NCBI GenBank assembly: GCA_964522035.1
Contig: CAZFUG010000002.1
Location: 22,265 to 65,647, forward strand
DNA length: 43,383 nucleotides
From: an uncultured bacterium
GTDB taxonomy: Bacteria; Muiribacteriota; Ozemobacteria; Ozemobacterales; Ozemobacteraceae
Direction of reading: 5' to 3'
In this document: one piece after another, positions 1 to 7,770 of the stretch
How the letters are laid out: each line of letters starts with the position of its first letter
How positions within the stretch are numbered: position 1 is the stretch's first letter
Translations under genes and position numbers: made by a program
Notes under the pieces: model-generated
The model's input: the letters and a program-made list of their open reading frames with translations, nothing else
Database searches by the model: none
What the model was told of the DNA's origin: nothing

Positions 1-514
1 AGCTGATGTTAACAACATTGGCTGCAGCAATTGCTGTTGCCTGTGATGTGCCCACAGTGGCTCCGGTTGCTGAAAAACCAGCGGTAGCATCGCCGGTTAC
101 GGTCATGGCGATGGTGGAAGAGGTGGTAAGATTGGTAGTATTTATGTAAACAGTAAGAATGGCAGTTGTGGCAGCATTCTTGATTACAACTGGAACTACG
201 CCCTGTTTGGCCTGTTCGATTTCACTGGCGGTAGCATTTCTGCTGAAGGTTACAATATAATTTCCGCCCGAAGTTTCTTCGGTTTCAGCAGTAAGAGTGA
301 CGCCATTGACTGACATGGTGAAACCCTTGAATTTGTTGGCGGCAACGGCAACACCTTTGAGGTTCGGGGCCGCAGCAGCAGGCAGAGTTGCTGTAGAGGT
401 CAGTCTTGTTGTGGTTATCGGTGTAGAATCATCATCGTCATCGCCAAAAAGGCTGCAGCCGACGGTGAACGGAACGAGAGAGATGAGGAGAAAGAGAACA
501 AAAAGTTTTTTCAT
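1..514 (-). CDS. Surface lipoprotein, paralog A (C-terminus cut by window edge)
   Basis: Not in the ORF track, which lists only the antisense 297..545 ORF. The reverse complement from ATG at 514-512 reads MKKLFVLFLLISLVPFTVGCSLFGDDDDDSTPITTTRLTSTATLPAAAAPNLKG... for 171 codons with no stop up to position 1. It has a signal peptide and a TVGC lipobox. An AGGAGGG RBS (525-531) lies 10 nt upstream. The first ~95 aa are clearly homologous to the 650..1501 product. Confidence 0.75.
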   Translation of the reverse strand, partial: MKKLFVLFLLISLVPFTVGCSLFGDDDDDSTPITTTRLTSTATLPAAAAPNLKGVAVAANKFKGFTMSVNGVTLTAETEETSGGNYIVTFSRNATASEIEQAKQGVVPVVIKNAATTAILTVYINTTNLTTSSTIAMTVTGDATAGFSATGATVGTSQATAIAAANVVNIS

Positions 515-549
515 ATCGAAGATACCCTCCTGTAAAACTGTATGAAACA

Positions 550-578
550 TTGTTAACACGTGAAAAAAGCTTTGTCAA
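550..578 (-). promoter_or_regulatory. Putative sigma70-type promoter for lipoprotein paralog A
   Basis: Minus strand reads TTGACA (578-573), a 17-nt spacer (aagcttttttcacgtgt), then TAACAA (555-550), about 35 nt upstream of the ATG. The -10 is weak. Confidence 0.35.
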
Positions 579-610
579 CTTTTCATGCTTTGTCTGATTT
601 GCCTAAAACA

Positions 611-641
611 AAAAATCCCCCGCAAAGCGGGGGATTTTTTA
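611..641 (-). terminator. Rho-independent terminator of lipoprotein paralog B
   Basis: Perfect 7-bp GC stem cccccgc (617-623) / gcggggg (627-633) with a 3-nt loop. A and T runs flank it on both sides. On the minus strand the hairpin is followed by ATTTTTTGTTTT, 9 nt after the stop at 650. Confidence 0.7.
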
Positions 642-649
642 TCGAGAGC

Positions 650-1501
650 TTAGTTAGCAGCGGTGAAAGAATGGGTAGTGTAGGCAACTTTGTCAGTGCC
701 GTCAACTTTGATGCTGCGGATAACAACTTCGTAGGCCTGACCGATGGTCAGTGATTTGTTAACGAGGGTTACAGTAAGGGTGAAGGTGGTTGCATCATAG
801 CTGAAGCTGAAGTCGCTGGCTACGGCATCTTTATAGGTGCCGCCGGCTTTGCGAACGTCTACATCTACAACTACGTTGCTGGGGAGAGTGTTGTTGGTGA
901 TAGTGGTGGTGCCGAGGATGTTGCTGTCGAATTTAGCGGTGAAAGCGGGTTTCACGCCTTTAACAGTGTTGGTGATGACGATTTTAGAGGGGGCGGCGAT
1001 GACCGGAGCAGTAACGGTAGTACCAGAAGAGGTGGTAACAGTTACGGTCGGAGTGGCGCCAACAGCTGTAAGAACTACTGATACGGCTGCGGTAGAGCCT
1101 GAGCTTACAGGAGCTGCAGCAGTGTTGATGTAAGTGTCAACAACCTTTGAACCAGCGGGGCTGGAAACAACGAGGGGAACTACACCAGCGTTGGCAGTGG
1201 TGATTTCGGTAGAGGTTACGATTTTGCTAAAGGTAACAACCCAACCAGCAGCGGTTTCTTCTTCGGTTTCAGCGGTGAGAACGATACCGTTGATAGACAT
1301 GGTGAAACCGGCGAATTTGGTAGCACTGCGAAGTGCAACAAGAGCGCGGAGACTGGGAGCTGCGGCGGCCGGAAGGGTGGCTTTTGCAGTCAGCTTGGTG
1401 ATGTTGATCGGGGTAGTGTCGTCATTGTCACCAAAAAGGCCACAACCAACAGTGAACGGAACAAGAGCTACGAGAAGAAACAGAACGAAAAGTTTTTTCA
1501 T
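650..1501 (-). CDS. Surface lipoprotein, paralog B (Thr/Val/Ala-rich, probably beta/Ig-like)
   Basis: ORF 650..1510. I prefer the ATG at 1501 (MKKLFVLFLLVALVPFTVGCGLFGDNDD...) because the RBS spacing then matches paralog A (AGGAGG at 1513-1518, 11 nt upstream). It has a signal peptide and a TVGC lipobox. Composition is low-complexity T/V/A/S-rich. The C-terminal ~100 aa (PSKIVITNTVKGVKPAFTAKFDSNI...VVIRSIKVDGTDKV) resemble SbsA/Big_5-like Ig domains. Confidence 0.8.
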   Translation of the reverse strand: MKKLFVLFLLVALVPFTVGCGLFGDNDDTTPINITKLTAKATLPAAAAPSLRALVALRSATKFAGFTMSINGIVLTAETEEETAAGWVVTFSKIVTSTEITTANAGVVPLVVSSPAGSKVVDTYINTAAAPVSSGSTAAVSVVLTAVGATPTVTVTTSSGTTVTAPVIAAPSKIVITNTVKGVKPAFTAKFDSNILGTTTITNNTLPSNVVVDVDVRKAGGTYKDAVASDFSFSYDATTFTLTVTLVNKSLTIGQAYEVVIRSIKVDGTDKVAYTTHSFTAAN

Positions 1502-1537
1502 TAAAACCAAATCCTCCTAAGGTAATTGTGCAAATCA

Positions 1538-1566
1538 TATTTAGCACAGGGCTTTTTTTTCGTCAA
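1538..1566 (-). promoter_or_regulatory. Putative sigma70-type promoter for lipoprotein paralog B
   Basis: Minus strand reads TTGACG (1566-1561), a 17-nt spacer (aaaaaaaagccctgtgc), then TAAATA (1543-1538). The spacer contains an A8 homopolymer. A9/A10 (plus-strand) tracts lie immediately upstream. Confidence 0.5.
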
Positions 1567-1753
1567 CAAAAAAAAATGACTGCAAAAAAAAAATCCCGCT
1601 GCTAATGCATATTTGGGCTCTGTACAACGATTTGCGCGATGAAAAAAGTTGCGGGAAGCTTTTGTTATAACGGCCTTTGGTTGTCCGGTTGCTATTTGCC
1701 GGTCTTATGAAATATTACGATTGCAGGTTTTTGGTGAGCTTTGGAAGCGGTTT

Positions 1754-2020
1754 TTAAAAAAGCGACAGAAAACCCATGACACTCAGAGCGATCAGCGGCA
1801 GAATCATAAAGGCGCCCAGAAAGAGCAGTGCGGCATATTCTTCCATGACCATGAATGAATCGAGTTGTACCCCGTCACGTGGCAGCAATGTGTAGCGAAA
1901 CGAGGCCGGAACCATGGCACGCCAGAATGTACGGCCGGTATGATGAAAGAAAATGGCCTGCGCCAGAAGAAACCCGCCAAAAAAAAGCAGCATTGCCAGA
2001 ATAATGCCCGCGATCTGCAT
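1754..2020 (-). CDS. Small hypothetical membrane protein (88 aa)
   Basis: Two hydrophobic helices (IAGIILAMLLFFGGFLLAQAIFF and LLFLGAFMILPLIALSVMGFLSLF). It is the last co-directional ORF after the heme genes. An overlapping alternative-frame ORF (1804..2031) is less membrane-like. No family recognised. Confidence 0.5.
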   Translation of the reverse strand: MQIAGIILAMLLFFGGFLLAQAIFFHHTGRTFWRAMVPASFRYTLLPRDGVQLDSFMVMEEYAALLFLGAFMILPLIALSVMGFLSLF

Positions 2021-2121
2021 TTTGCCTGCACTCCTGATATCTGTATATCAGTTATATCGGCACTTTCTGTTGAAAAGCGTAGGGTCAGTTAAACAGCTGC
2101 CCCTGCAGTTCTTTTGATCAT

Positions 2122-3327
2122 TTACAGCGAGATTTCGGCGTCGGTCAGATAACAGGCGGGGTCTGGCATCCAGGGGTCGTCGTAAACTCTGAAGGCCCTG
2201 ACGCGCAGCGAACCGCCGCACATTTTGAGAAAACGGCAGGTCGCGCATTTTCCCTTCAATAGCGGCAGACGGTTTTTCAGGCCGGCCATCAGCTCGTCTG
2301 AAGTGTCGAGCCAGATCTCTGAAAACTTGCGTTCGCGCACATTGCCAAAGGTTTTATCCTGCCAGAACTGATCAGGGTGAACATTGCCGGCCCAGTCGAT
2401 GTCGCCGATACCGACACCGGTAGAAAAGGTTCCACCACCGTTCCATTCAAGCAGTTTGCGCATTTCTTCTGCCCTGGCCGGGTTTTCCTGCAGCAGTTTC
2501 AGATAAATGTAAGGGCCGTCGACATGGTTGTCGACCGTGAGAATGTCGAGGTCGACACCTGACTCTATTGCGGCTCTGGTTCGACGGCAGATAATGTCGA
2601 GTGCCTGACGCGATTCCTGATGTGTCAGGTCATCTTCGCTCTTGCCTCTCCCTGAATAGACAAGATGGTAGAAACAGGCCCGCGGAATCTTCTCTTCAAG
2701 AAGAAAGTCGAAGATCTGATCGAGGTCACGAACATTCTGCCGAGTCAAGGTGAGGCGCAGACCGACTCTCTGGCCGACCGCGAGACAGTTTCTGAAGCCG
2801 TCCATGGCTTTGCCGAAAGCGCCGGCCACACCTCTGAAGTGATCGTTGGTGCTGCCGATGCCGTCGAGCGAAATGCCGGCATAGATAAAGCCGATATCCT
2901 TGATTTTTTGCGCCACCTGTGAGGTGATCAAGGTGCCATTAGTTGACAGGACCGGTCTGAGGCCACATTTAACCGCGTAGGCTGCCAGATCGAAAACGTC
3001 TGGGCGCATCAGAGGCTCGCCACCGCTGAACAACAGTGCCGGAATCTTAAATTCGGCGAGATCCTGCATCAGTGACTGACCCTCGGCAAAACTTAGCTCA
3101 TCGGGGGCGAGATTGCAGTCGGAATTAGTGTAACAATGAATGCATTTCAGATTGCAGCGTTTCGAGATGTTCCAGACCACGACCGGTCGCCGTTCAGAGG
3201 CAGACTTTGCTGTCTGATGACCTTTGAAGTGATGCGAATGGCCGACCTGGCCCTGATGCTGGTGCCCGTAGCGCAATGGGTCGCCGGTTGTCGAATGGCT
3301 GGCATAAATTTTACTGATATTTATCAT
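2122..3327 (-). CDS. ahbC: Radical SAM/SPASM enzyme of the NirJ/AhbC/AhbD family (siroheme-dependent heme biosynthesis); AhbC vs AhbD not resolved
   Basis: CNLKCIHC is a CxxxCxxC radical-SAM motif, followed by GGEPL. The C-terminus has a SPASM-like Cys cluster (KGKCATCRFLKMCGGSLRVRA...DPACY). The N-terminus is His-rich (LRYGHQHQGQVGHSHHFKGH). Context is hemA/hemC/cobA/hemD/sirC. The 401-aa length fits NirJ1/AhbC-like proteins better than the shorter AhbD, but that is from my memory of family sizes only. Confidence 0.8.
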   Translation of the reverse strand: MINISKIYASHSTTGDPLRYGHQHQGQVGHSHHFKGHQTAKSASERRPVVVWNISKRCNLKCIHCYTNSDCNLAPDELSFAEGQSLMQDLAEFKIPALLFSGGEPLMRPDVFDLAAYAVKCGLRPVLSTNGTLITSQVAQKIKDIGFIYAGISLDGIGSTNDHFRGVAGAFGKAMDGFRNCLAVGQRVGLRLTLTRQNVRDLDQIFDFLLEEKIPRACFYHLVYSGRGKSEDDLTHQESRQALDIICRRTRAAIESGVDLDILTVDNHVDGPYIYLKLLQENPARAEEMRKLLEWNGGGTFSTGVGIGDIDWAGNVHPDQFWQDKTFGNVRERKFSEIWLDTSDELMAGLKNRLPLLKGKCATCRFLKMCGGSLRVRAFRVYDDPWMPDPACYLTDAEISL

Positions 3328-3332
3328 GGCAA

Positions 3333-5867
3333 TTACCTGTTTGATGCGGCAAAGTAACTTTGCATGGCCTTTATCAGACCTGGAATGGTGAATTCTTCGG
3401 CTTCAACTTTTATGTTAAAGCCAAGTTTGCGGCAGGTTTCGGCAGTGATGGGACCAATAACCGCAGCCGGAATCATGACCGGGGCAATGCCGCTGCCTTC
3501 AAGAAGACTGGCGAGACCCTCGGCAGTGGAAGAACTCGAAAAGGTTATCAGATCAAGTCTGTTCTCTTTTATGGCCGTAATAATTTCACTGCTGTCTGGC
3601 TTTTCGTATTCAGTATGATAGAGCGGCACGACTTCAACCCGGTGCCCAAGCTGGGTAAGTGTCTGCGGCAGAACTTCGCGGGCTTTTTCGGCACGAAGAA
3701 TGGCGACGCCGGCCGGTGGCAGTTTTTCGAACCATGGAAACAATGATTCAGCCACATAGGTCTCTGGCACAAAATCAGGGCTGATACCACGATCGGTAAA
3801 TGCTGTTGCCGTCGCCGGGCCGATGCAGACAATTTTTTTGCCGCCTAGAAATCGCAGATCGAGTTTCTGTTCCTGCAAAGCTTCGATAAAGCCCGTAACG
3901 CCATTTACAGAAGTGAATACCAGATGTTCGAATTCTTTGCTGCGGGCAATAAAACTCTTGAAGGCATCGCTGCTGTGGTGCTGTACAATCTTTATTGTCG
4001 GACATTCGATAACCTCGGCGCCGAGCGACTGCAATTCTGCGACCAGACTGCTGGCCTGTAAACGGGAACGGGTTACCGCTATCCGGCGGCCAAACAATGG
4101 GCGTTTCTCAAACCAGGCCAGTTGACTGCGCAAAGCCACCACTTCCCCGACCACAGTGACTGCCGGCGGTTGAATCCCTTCTTTGACCGCGATTTCCGGT
4201 ATAGTCGCAAGCGTGCCGGTTACGGTGCGCTGAATCGGCAATGTCCCGTTTTGCACCATCGCTACCGGAGTTTCTGGCGAGCGGCCGGCTGCGATCAGAT
4301 TTTTACATATCTGCGGCAGATTCTTTACGCCCATGAGAAAAACCACGGTGCCAATACCGGCTAAGGCTTGCCAGTTAAGATCTGATCCTTCTTTTTCTGC
4401 TTCGTGTCCGGTCACGACTGCAAGCGAGGCGGTGAAACCGCGCTGTGTTATCGGAATGCCGGCGTAACATGGAGCTGATATGGCAGAAGTTACACCCGGA
4501 ACAACTTCAACCGCATGTCCACGTTCGATCAAATACTGCATTTCTTCGCCACCCCGGCCGAAGACGAAAGGGTCGCCGCCTTTAAGCCTTACAACGAGCT
4601 TTTTTTCAGCCGCTTTTTTGGCCAGAAGAGCGTTTATGTCGTCCTGGGTAACCTTGTGGTTGCCGGCAAACTTGCCGACGTCATACATTTCGCAGTCGGA
4701 TTTTGCCTGTGAAAGAAACGCGGCGGTGCCGAGCTGGTCGTAGATAATTACATCGGCGCGCCTGACCAGGTCGAGACCGCGCACTGTGATCAGACCAGCG
4801 TCACCCGGACCGGCACCGACGAGATAAACGTTGGGTGCTGAATGGGCTGAACTGGGCATAAGGTTGTCCTTTGCTTTCTTTTGCGTCATCTCTGCACAGG
4901 CAGGGATCTTGTCTTGATTGGTTGAGGTGTCTGAGATTCCCGCTTGCGCGGGAATGACAGGACCAATATATTGCCGGCCACCGGCGGCAATTATTTCAGC
5001 GGCGGCCTTTCGACCGAGTTCGGTGGCCTGCCCGATCGTGCCTGTATGGTTTTGACGCAGCGTTTTTTTGCCATCTGGTGTGCCGATGAAACTGTGCAGG
5101 ACGAGCTGGTCGCCTCTGACATCGGCGTGAACCGCCATCGGGGTCTGACAACCGCCCTGCAGTTCAGCAAGAAAAGCTCTTTCGGCGGCAGCTCTCACTT
5201 CTGCCTGCTGACTTGCAAAATTCTGCAGAAACGGCCGAATTTTATCGGCGTCTTCGCAGCGGCACTGCACCGCGAGAATGCCTTGCCCGGCAGGGGGCGT
5301 CATCGCATCGATGGCAAAATAATGGCCGATTCTGTCGGCCCATCCGAAGCGCAATAACCCGGCGGCGGCCAGAATGATTGCGTCAACTTCGCCATCGGCA
5401 AGTTTCTGCAGTCGGGTGTCGAGGTTGCCCCTGAAGTCAGAAAACACGAGGTCGCTGCGCATGACGCTCAGTTGCGATCTTCGGCGCAGGCTGGATGTGC
5501 CGACAACCGCCCCTGACGGCAGTTCAGCAAAGCTGCGATATTTTTTTGAAAGAAAGCAGTCGCGGGCATCTTCAACACAACCGACTGCAACGAGGCACAG
5601 GCCATCAGAAATTGCATGTGGTACGTCTTTTAGGCTGTGAACAGCTATGTCGATACGATGTTCGAGAAGCGCCTGCTCTATTTCCTTGATGAACAATCCC
5701 TGGCCGCCAACTTTGAACAGAGGCAGGCCGGTAACCTGGTCACCAAGAGTTTTTATGACGACTTCTTCAAACTCGATCTCAGGGCAGGTGTTTCTGGCAA
5801 TCCCGATTACATGGCGGGTCTGATGCAGCGCCAGTTTGCTGCCTCTGGTTCCGTAACGTATTTTCAT
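3333..5867 (-). CDS. hemC-cobA-hemD: Trifunctional fusion: porphobilinogen deaminase (HemC) + uroporphyrinogen-III C-methyltransferase (CobA/SUMT) + uroporphyrinogen-III synthase (HemD)
   Basis: One uninterrupted 844-aa ORF. Residues 1-304 are HemC (MKIRYGTRGSKLALHQT..., cofactor Cys motif LQGGCQTPMAVHA). Residues ~346-590 are SUMT (VYLVGAGPGDAGLITVRG, LKGGDPFVFGRGGEE, VPGVTSA). Residues ~600-844 are HemD-like (RIAVTRSR..., ITFSSSSTAEGL). A 41-aa linker spans aa 305-345. Confidence 0.9.
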   Translation of the reverse strand: MKIRYGTRGSKLALHQTRHVIGIARNTCPEIEFEEVVIKTLGDQVTGLPLFKVGGQGLFIKEIEQALLEHRIDIAVHSLKDVPHAISDGLCLVAVGCVEDARDCFLSKKYRSFAELPSGAVVGTSSLRRRSQLSVMRSDLVFSDFRGNLDTRLQKLADGEVDAIILAAAGLLRFGWADRIGHYFAIDAMTPPAGQGILAVQCRCEDADKIRPFLQNFASQQAEVRAAAERAFLAELQGGCQTPMAVHADVRGDQLVLHSFIGTPDGKKTLRQNHTGTIGQATELGRKAAAEIIAAGGRQYIGPVIPAQAGISDTSTNQDKIPACAEMTQKKAKDNLMPSSAHSAPNVYLVGAGPGDAGLITVRGLDLVRRADVIIYDQLGTAAFLSQAKSDCEMYDVGKFAGNHKVTQDDINALLAKKAAEKKLVVRLKGGDPFVFGRGGEEMQYLIERGHAVEVVPGVTSAISAPCYAGIPITQRGFTASLAVVTGHEAEKEGSDLNWQALAGIGTVVFLMGVKNLPQICKNLIAAGRSPETPVAMVQNGTLPIQRTVTGTLATIPEIAVKEGIQPPAVTVVGEVVALRSQLAWFEKRPLFGRRIAVTRSRLQASSLVAELQSLGAEVIECPTIKIVQHHSSDAFKSFIARSKEFEHLVFTSVNGVTGFIEALQEQKLDLRFLGGKKIVCIGPATATAFTDRGISPDFVPETYVAESLFPWFEKLPPAGVAILRAEKAREVLPQTLTQLGHRVEVVPLYHTEYEKPDSSEIITAIKENRLDLITFSSSSTAEGLASLLEGSGIAPVMIPAAVIGPITAETCRKLGFNIKVEAEEFTIPGLIKAMQSYFAASNR
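4936..4955. repeat. REP-like palindrome embedded in frame in the HemC/CobA linker
   Basis: attcccgc (4936-4943), ttgc, gcgggaat (4948-4955): a perfect 8-bp stem with a 4-nt loop. The coding strand GTCATTCCCGCGCAAGCGGGAATC translates to VIPAQAGI in the used frame and SFPRKRES in the +1 frame. These are the peptides typically produced by a widespread short GC-rich palindromic repeat. Confidence 0.6.
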
Positions 5868-7165
5868 GCTGACTCACGCTTTCTCTGGTTTTCCGGCAGG
5901 CTTCGCAATGGCGATTCAGGCAGACAGTCGGTTGACAGACCAAGTATTTCGCACATCATCCGCAATTGTTCGAGATCGGCCGAACCCTGATTTTTCAGGG
6001 CGACGATCTGCCCGTGCAGCCATTTGGCCATAAGTGACCTGCTGCATTGATCGAATGCCTGTTTGAGCTCTTCGCTCAATTCAGGGTGCTGAGCGGCAAA
6101 TTTTTCGACTTCGGCCATACGCAGGGCTTCGGTCTGCTCACGCAACTTTCTGATCAGCGGCACTACGGTAAAGGCTTGGGATGAAATCTGAAACTGCGAG
6201 GATTCATAATGAACGATCGCCTTTGCCTTTTCGGCTTCTACCTTGCGTTGTGAAAGATTTTCGTTGACCACGTTCTGCAGGTCGTCGACGTCATAAAGGA
6301 AAATGTTGCCGATGCTCTGACAGTCTGGCTCAAAATCTCTTGGCACCGCAATGTCGATGATGAAAAGCGGTCGTTCGCTGCGGGCAGCCATGACTTTTTC
6401 CATGCGTTCGCGGCTGACGATTGCGGTTGGCGCCGCCGTTGACGAGATTACTATATCGCATGCGTGCAGCAGTTCGTCGAGTTGCTCGAAAGATTTTGCC
6501 TGCCCATCGAATTTTTCGGCCAATTCTTCTGCACTGCTGAGGGTGCGGTTGATAAAAAACATACTCTTAACGCCATTTTCGCGCAGATGTACGGCAACCA
6601 GGCTTGCCATTTCGCCGGCGCCGATGATCAGGGCTTTTGATGCCTTCAGGGGGCCGAAGATACTTCTGGCCAGGTCTACGGCTGCAGAAGCTATCGAAAC
6701 CCGGTTTTCTGAAATGGCGGTTTCGCTGCGCACCTTTTTCCCGACTTCAAGAGCTTTCTGAAAAAGACGATGCAGCTGCTTGCCTACATAGCCTTCGCTG
6801 GTGGAGTATTTGTATGATTCCTTGATCTGATGCAGAATCTGATTTTCGCCCAAAATCATCGAATCAAGACCGGCGGCAACCGAAAAAAGGTGTCTGACAG
6901 CGTTCTCGTCGGTGTGTTCGTAAAAGTAACCGGCCAGATTTTCAAAATTGATCTGGTTGGCTGCCAGCAGTGACGAAAAGCTTTTTCTCGCTTCGCCCGG
7001 AATGCCGGAATAGTAGACTTCGACACGGTTGCAGGTATAAACCGGCACCGCCTCAAGGTTGCAGGCATCGACATCGGGAATTCTGACCTCACAGATGCGA
7101 GCGAGTTTTTCGCGGATAGAGACTGGAGCAGATTTGTGGTTGAGACCAAATACGATCAGAGACAT
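5864..7165 (-). CDS. hemA: Glutamyl-tRNA reductase
   Basis: MSLIVFGLNHKSAPVSIREKLA..., catalytic TCNRVEVY motif, NADPH fold IIGAGEMASLVAVHL, 433 aa. ATGA start/stop overlap with the downstream fusion gene at 5864-5867. Confidence 0.95.
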   Translation of the reverse strand: MSLIVFGLNHKSAPVSIREKLARICEVRIPDVDACNLEAVPVYTCNRVEVYYSGIPGEARKSFSSLLAANQINFENLAGYFYEHTDENAVRHLFSVAAGLDSMILGENQILHQIKESYKYSTSEGYVGKQLHRLFQKALEVGKKVRSETAISENRVSIASAAVDLARSIFGPLKASKALIIGAGEMASLVAVHLRENGVKSMFFINRTLSSAEELAEKFDGQAKSFEQLDELLHACDIVISSTAAPTAIVSRERMEKVMAARSERPLFIIDIAVPRDFEPDCQSIGNIFLYDVDDLQNVVNENLSQRKVEAEKAKAIVHYESSQFQISSQAFTVVPLIRKLREQTEALRMAEVEKFAAQHPELSEELKQAFDQCSRSLMAKWLHGQIVALKNQGSADLEQLRMMCEILGLSTDCLPESPLRSLPENQRKRESA

Positions 7166-7770
7166 GCAACTATCTCCTCTCGTATCTTGTTGATGCCTTC
7201 GTTTGCAATGCGGTCAAGAACACCATCGGTGACCCATCTGGCCATGAAGTCGGCTTTTTCGACCTCAGACAGCCCCGAAGTTTTTACCCGCGGTCTGATT
7301 TCGGTGAGAACAGCGGTAAGTTCAACCAGTTCTGGTCGGATAAGGCTGTCGATTCTATTCTGAAGATATTTTGAAACTGCCGGAACTCCGCCCGAGACGG
7401 TTGAGCAGATAATATCACCCCTGGCAACAATGCTGCCGCCAATAAAATCACCATCACTGAAACTGTCACAGCGGTTGAACAGAATTCTTTTTTCTCGGCA
7501 TGCAGCGGCAATGGCGTCGTTTACCTTCGTATTGCTGCTGGCAATGATTGTAAAGATGAAATGTGTCTTAAGGTCTTCTGTTTCTGCGCCCCGACAGATT
7601 AAAGTTGTTTCCGGCAGACTGCTGAATTCAGCGAGAATATCAGGTGCAACCACAGTCAGTCTGGCCCCGGCTTCTGAAAACTGCCGGGCCCTGCGCAGTG
7701 CCACTTTGCCACCGCCGATAATAAGAACTTCACGGCCTGCCACGTCACAAAACAGGGGCATGTACCTCAT
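7156..7770 (-). CDS. sirC: Precorrin-2 dehydrogenase / sirohydrochlorin ferrochelatase (siroheme synthase N-terminal-domain type)
   Basis: MPLFCDVAGREVLIIGGGKVALRRARQFSEAGARLTVVAPD is the CysG-N/SirC/Met8 NAD-binding signature. 204 aa. Overlaps hemA by 10 nt and hemX by 4 nt (ATGA). Confidence 0.85.
   Translation of the reverse strand: MRYMPLFCDVAGREVLIIGGGKVALRRARQFSEAGARLTVVAPDILAEFSSLPETTLICRGAETEDLKTHFIFTIIASSNTKVNDAIAAACREKRILFNRCDSFSDGDFIGGSIVARGDIICSTVSGGVPAVSKYLQNRIDSLIRPELVELTAVLTEIRPRVKTSGLSEVEKADFMARWVTDGVLDRIANEGINKIREEIVACL

Noticed and set aside
297-1520. Plus-strand ORFs 297..545, 837..1133 and 1134..1520 (82-128 aa)
   Set aside because: They are antisense to the two lipoprotein genes. 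Their translations are Ala/Val/Thr/Arg-rich mirror images of the low-complexity sense sequence, and they lack RBS and signal features. The minus-strand genes have signal peptides, lipoboxes, RBSs, promoters and a terminator.
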